NCBI GenBank assembly: GCA_002383165.1
Contig: DFXK01000007.1
Coordinates: 34,403-98,402, forward strand
DNA length: 64,000 nucleotides
Direction of reading: 5' to 3'
DNA from: Flavobacteriales bacterium UBA4110
GTDB lineage: Bacteria; Bacteroidota; Bacteroidia; Flavobacteriales; Weeksellaceae
The notes under the pieces were generated by a model, which saw only the letters and a list, made by a program, of their open reading frames with translations, did no database searches and was not told the origin of the DNA. The position numbers and the translations under genes were made by a program. Positions within the stretch are counted from its first letter, which is position 1, and every line of letters begins with the position of its first letter. Below, one piece after another: positions 60,501 through 64,000 of the stretch.

Positions 60501-61976
60501 TTAATATCGCCCCAAAAAACTTTTTTTTCTTTCCCACTCACCGTATTCAAGATGGTGATCGATTTTATCATTTATATGACGTTTAATTGGAAGTAGAGAA
60601 ATACCTAGAGATGACCTGCCCACAATAGATAATATATTTCTCCATTCGGCAGCGTTGATGTCCCCAAATATGACATTACCGGTTACTACGGTTCCTCCAT
60701 TACCTATCCAGTAAATCTGCTCAAATAACTTTACATCTTGTGTAAAGGTTAGGAATAGTAAGATTATTTGCTCAAATAATTCTTTGAATGAGTGTCTGAC
60801 AATATTAATCAACAGATTCATACGGTCGGGATTTTCATAATTATCAATACAATACTTTCTCAAAAAAGTAGCAGCTCTTTCACGATGCAGAATATCTATA
60901 TTCTCAAAAAACACATTGCAATCATGTGTTCCAACTGCAATAAGATAACTTTCTTTAGAAGCGAAATGGTCTAAGGTCTTAGATAATGAGGACTCAATAT
61001 CTTTAATCTGCCAAATGAGCTTTAATTTTTTATTGTTTCCTGAATTCTTGTTATTAGCATCTTTATAAAAGTAGTCAGTGTAATCGGCAAGAAAGCTTGT
61101 ATCTTGTTGCAGTATGTTCAAAAATATTTTACCATTATAATCATAAAGCCTATGAATTTTACTTTGCTGAATAAATAGCTTCTTAACTAATTCTAAATCA
61201 TTATTTAGTAACTCCAAACTTTCTTCAAGAAAGTCTGTTTGAACTATAATTTCGATGTTTTCTGATTCGTCTTTTTCTGTTATAATGTTAATGAGTTTAT
61301 GGAAAATTGTAGAGTCTATTCTCAAAAACTTGTGCAAGTATTCAAAGTAGATGTAAGTTCTCTCATTTATCTTTCTAATACTATTAATAAGTTTTTTAAT
61401 GTAGGAATTGTTAATCAATGAATCATCTAAATAATAGAAGTAAGACAATTCCCAAGATGCTTGATGTTGATATTTCTCTTCAGTTATTATATTCCAAAGG
61501 GAAGCGCTCTCTTTTTCATTTTTAAGATTATTTTGAAAAATCTTTATTGGTATGTAATCTACTGAGTTATCGTCTTTAATAATTTCCTTTAAAAAAGCAA
61601 GACCGAGCTCTTTGTTATGCTTATAATTTTCATCAACCACAAAATCCAAAGAATTATTATATTCAAAGTCATTTGCTGCCTGATTTTTTAAATATTTGAA
61701 AGTATTATAAAAATTAGTTACTTCTGCTACATTACAAAACACAAATGAAGATCTAATTTCTTTTTCTTTTAATCGATCATATTCGCGATAATCTTCGTAA
61801 TCATATCTTTCTTTGTCTCTAATTCTATCCCAGTCTAATTTCAGATATGCTTTGTAAATATCATTAGTGTATTTATTCAACAGTCTACTGAACGCAGCGT
61901 TCTTTATTTTATGTTTTTTCCATAATCTAACTTGATTTTGAACATACCTACAATCGACAAATGACTCTGATTGCAA
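60501..61976 (-). CDS. Hypothetical helical protein, or C-terminal half of the upstream NTPase
   Basis: 491 aa with no ATG near the start (TTG at 61976). It is in the same frame as ORF 61980-63992, separated only by TAA + CAT. No recognisable motif. Confidence 0.4.
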   Translation of the reverse strand: MQSESFVDCRYVQNQVRLWKKHKIKNAAFSRLLNKYTNDIYKAYLKLDWDRIRDKERYDYEDYREYDRLKEKEIRSSFVFCNVAEVTNFYNTFKYLKNQAANDFEYNNSLDFVVDENYKHNKELGLAFLKEIIKDDNSVDYIPIKIFQNNLKNEKESASLWNIITEEKYQHQASWELSYFYYLDDSLINNSYIKKLINSIRKINERTYIYFEYLHKFLRIDSTIFHKLINIITEKDESENIEIIVQTDFLEESLELLNNDLELVKKLFIQQSKIHRLYDYNGKIFLNILQQDTSFLADYTDYFYKDANNKNSGNNKKLKLIWQIKDIESSLSKTLDHFASKESYLIAVGTHDCNVFFENIDILHRERAATFLRKYCIDNYENPDRMNLLINIVRHSFKELFEQIILLFLTFTQDVKLFEQIYWIGNGGTVVTGNVIFGDINAAEWRNILSIVGRSSLGISLLPIKRHINDKIDHHLEYGEWERKKSFLGRY

Positions 61977-61979
61977 ATG

Positions 61980-64000
61980 TTATTCAATAATTTGAAGAAC
62001 AAAGGGCATATCAAACGTCATCAATTCCTTTGAGATACCTGGATAAGGCTCTCCAAAATTTTGCAGTAAGCTTAAGGCTTGTTTGGGATAGCTGCTGTAA
62101 TATTGATTAAATGTAATCCATATATTTCCTCTAAGGTCTTGTATTTTCTTATAGTTAGGTGTACGATAGATACGACTTGTGACTATATTATTATGAAATC
62201 CGTGAGATGTAAATTCAATTTTTAAGAATGTTTTTGACAACTCAAAAAATGCGACGGCATAAATCGTTTCATTGTTTTGTAGGTTTTCAATCAGAAGTTC
62301 AAAAAGGATGTTCTGTCTTGAAAAATCAATTGATTCATCCTCTCTATCAAAACCGATTACCTCTACTATTTTATGAATAAGCTCTGGAAGGTGTTGTGGT
62401 TTCTTTTTAGCATACTCGAAACCTAATTCTAAAGATTCTTTAAGATAATAGGTATTACGAAAAAAATGACCAAGAAGCTTTATTATTTTATTTTGATTGT
62501 ATACAAAATCATTTGGTTCATAGCTTACATTATATTGATCCAATTCAAGATTTGGCAGAGGTTGAAGTGTTAGGTATATATATTCAAGTGTCTGATTTTG
62601 AAGATAAAACCAAAAAGAGGACAAAAATTTAATTGCTTTTTCCTCTTCATTGTTTTTAGTTTTATTCCAGAATCGGACAAGTGAATCATATAATTTCTCC
62701 TTAACATGATTATGATCAAACATATTGTTAGCAGATATTACATTTTCATCAAACCTTTTTTGATGAGATTCAAAGTACTTGTCAACAAGAATATCAAAAG
62801 ATAATAGCTTGTCTTTTATAAATGTTCTATAAAAAAAATAGATTGTTAGATTTTGTTCAGCTATTTTGACATGATTATGTTGGATTTCGACGAGTTCTAA
62901 TCTGTCAAGTTTTTCTATGGCATGAAAAAAATCTGAATAACCAATATCAAAATGGTTGAGGATTGATTCTGTTATTTCTCTATCATGAAAAGGGATTGTG
63001 TGAAAAAAGGCTATTAGACCTAAACATTTAATGTTGAAATCATTCGAGAACTCTCCATTGTCTTTTATAAACGTGCTAAAATACATTTCAAACAATCCAG
63101 AAATGTCATTTAACACATTAATATCTTTCTTAGCAACTGCCAACTGTGTTGCCATTATTGCAATTCTTGGGTTTCCATTAGCAATGTTAACGATAGTGTA
63201 TAAATAATCATGGTTCGTAATATTAAAAGGTTCAGTTTTAATAATATCTGTGATTTGTTCATCACTTAATTTTTGTAGATGTAATTTGTGAGGTAAAAAG
63301 TCAGTACATAGAAGTTTAAGACTTTCATATGCGTAATCGCGAACTGTGCAAATAATTTTTAAATTTCCACTTCTTATTCCTCTGTTAAAGCCTAAGATTT
63401 GGTTAAAAGCATCAATTCGGTTTGCATCATCTACAAAAAGTATGTAATCTTTGTCATCATTAAAATATTGATTTAAATCGTCCAATAATGAATGATGCTT
63501 ATAAGAAATACAGAAAGACTGATATGACTTATTTTCAGTAACAAAATTCTTGATGCATTCTAAAACTAATTTCGTTTTACCAATGCCCGGAGCTCCAGTT
63601 AAAATAATAAAGTCATGCTTTAATAAATCGGTTTTAAGTGAGTACAGCTCTGATTCTCGATGTAAGAATGGGTTATCTAAAGGAGTTGCAATACTTTTAG
63701 AAGCTTTATTGTATTCATTTATGAATACATCCATTGATACGATCTGTCCAGTATCTAAAGTAATACCAAGGTAGTGGCTAGCCAAATCTCTGTGCTGCAA
63801 GTGGAGTTCCATGGCTAAGGAATCTAAAGTGTTGATCGTAAGGTTGATATTTGTGTGTTCAAGAACTTTGTGTAACTTTTCAATTTCATTAGTCTTCAGT
63901 TTAAAGTTTACACATAAAATAATTTCTTCTATTTTTTCAGGACTAATTGTAGTCTTAGAATGATCGATACAATTGGAAATATCTTTTATCAATTTGTTGA
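61980..64000 (-). CDS. P-loop NTPase (STAND/AAA-like), N-terminus outside window
   Basis: Walker A LTGAPGIGKTKL (~63573-63596), Walker B ILFVDDANR (~63426-63443), then a long helical region. The frame is open to position 64000. Confidence 0.6.
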   Translation of the reverse strand, partial: NKLIKDISNCIDHSKTTISPEKIEEIILCVNFKLKTNEIEKLHKVLEHTNINLTINTLDSLAMELHLQHRDLASHYLGITLDTGQIVSMDVFINEYNKASKSIATPLDNPFLHRESELYSLKTDLLKHDFIILTGAPGIGKTKLVLECIKNFVTENKSYQSFCISYKHHSLLDDLNQYFNDDKDYILFVDDANRIDAFNQILGFNRGIRSGNLKIICTVRDYAYESLKLLCTDFLPHKLHLQKLSDEQITDIIKTEPFNITNHDYLYTIVNIANGNPRIAIMATQLAVAKKDINVLNDISGLFEMYFSTFIKDNGEFSNDFNIKCLGLIAFFHTIPFHDREITESILNHFDIGYSDFFHAIEKLDRLELVEIQHNHVKIAEQNLTIYFFYRTFIKDKLLSFDILVDKYFESHQKRFDENVISANNMFDHNHVKEKLYDSLVRFWNKTKNNEEEKAIKFLSSFWFYLQNQTLEYIYLTLQPLPNLELDQYNVSYEPNDFVYNQNKIIKLLGHFFRNTYYLKESLELGFEYAKKKPQHLPELIHKIVEVIGFDREDESIDFSRQNILFELLIENLQNNETIYAVAFFELSKTFLKIEFTSHGFHNNIVTSRIYRTPNYKKIQDLRGNIWITFNQYYSSYPKQALSLLQNFGEPYPGISKELMTFDMPFVLQIIE

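Noticed and set aside
1-64000. Search for CRISPR arrays, tRNA, rRNA and tmRNA genes.
   Set aside because: No regularly spaced short direct repeats were found and no cloverleaf-like or rRNA-like GC-rich segments were seen in any intergenic region. The only long repeats are the three recombinase-flank copies.

Overview
AT-rich DNA of Bacteroidota/Flavobacteriia type (GC judged by eye, not computed). It reads as a mosaic of mobile and accessory modules, not core genome. (1) 1-6.6 kb: distal end of a Bacteroidetes-type conjugative element (traM-traN-traO-DUF3872, strong terminator). It is followed by ICE establishment genes (broken Dam-like methylase, RadC, DUF932, SSB, DprA-like) and ends where a decayed YbjT-like SDR gene is truncated. 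(2) 7.2-12.5 kb: very AT-rich DNA-damage islet (FAD-binding protein, umuC-umuD in reversed order, SRAP) ending in an IS982-like remnant. (3) 12.9-35.9 kb: katE, broken AraC regulator, cysteine desulfurase and a molybdenum-cofactor operon with mocA and xdhC. Next come an iorA-like gene destroyed by a tyrosine-recombinase + IS91-family element, a truncated ADH, a broken TonB receptor and an intact PaoABC-like molybdoenzyme. (4) 36.3-41.7 kb: LexA-like XRE-S24 repressor with a perfect palindromic operator, a divergent dinB-dnaE2 mutagenesis cassette that is dead (in-frame TGA stops plus frame changes), and alkB. (5) 42-58 kb: pseudo-receiver and 5'-truncated S8 peptidase, then a czc/P-type-ATPase module and an ars module. 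Each module is preceded by a ~300-bp direct repeat equal to the 3' end plus downstream flank of a large serine recombinase gene. Only the third copy (58.0 kb) keeps an intact recombinase. (6) 60-64 kb: an uncharacterised ParB/Srx-like protein plus a P-loop NTPase of more than 1160 aa, split by one in-frame TAA and running off the window. This is my best candidate for an undescribed, defence-like system. No rRNA, tRNA or CRISPR array was seen. Many genes are disrupted. Some frameshifts sit in homopolymers and could be sequencing error; the in-frame stops cannot be.
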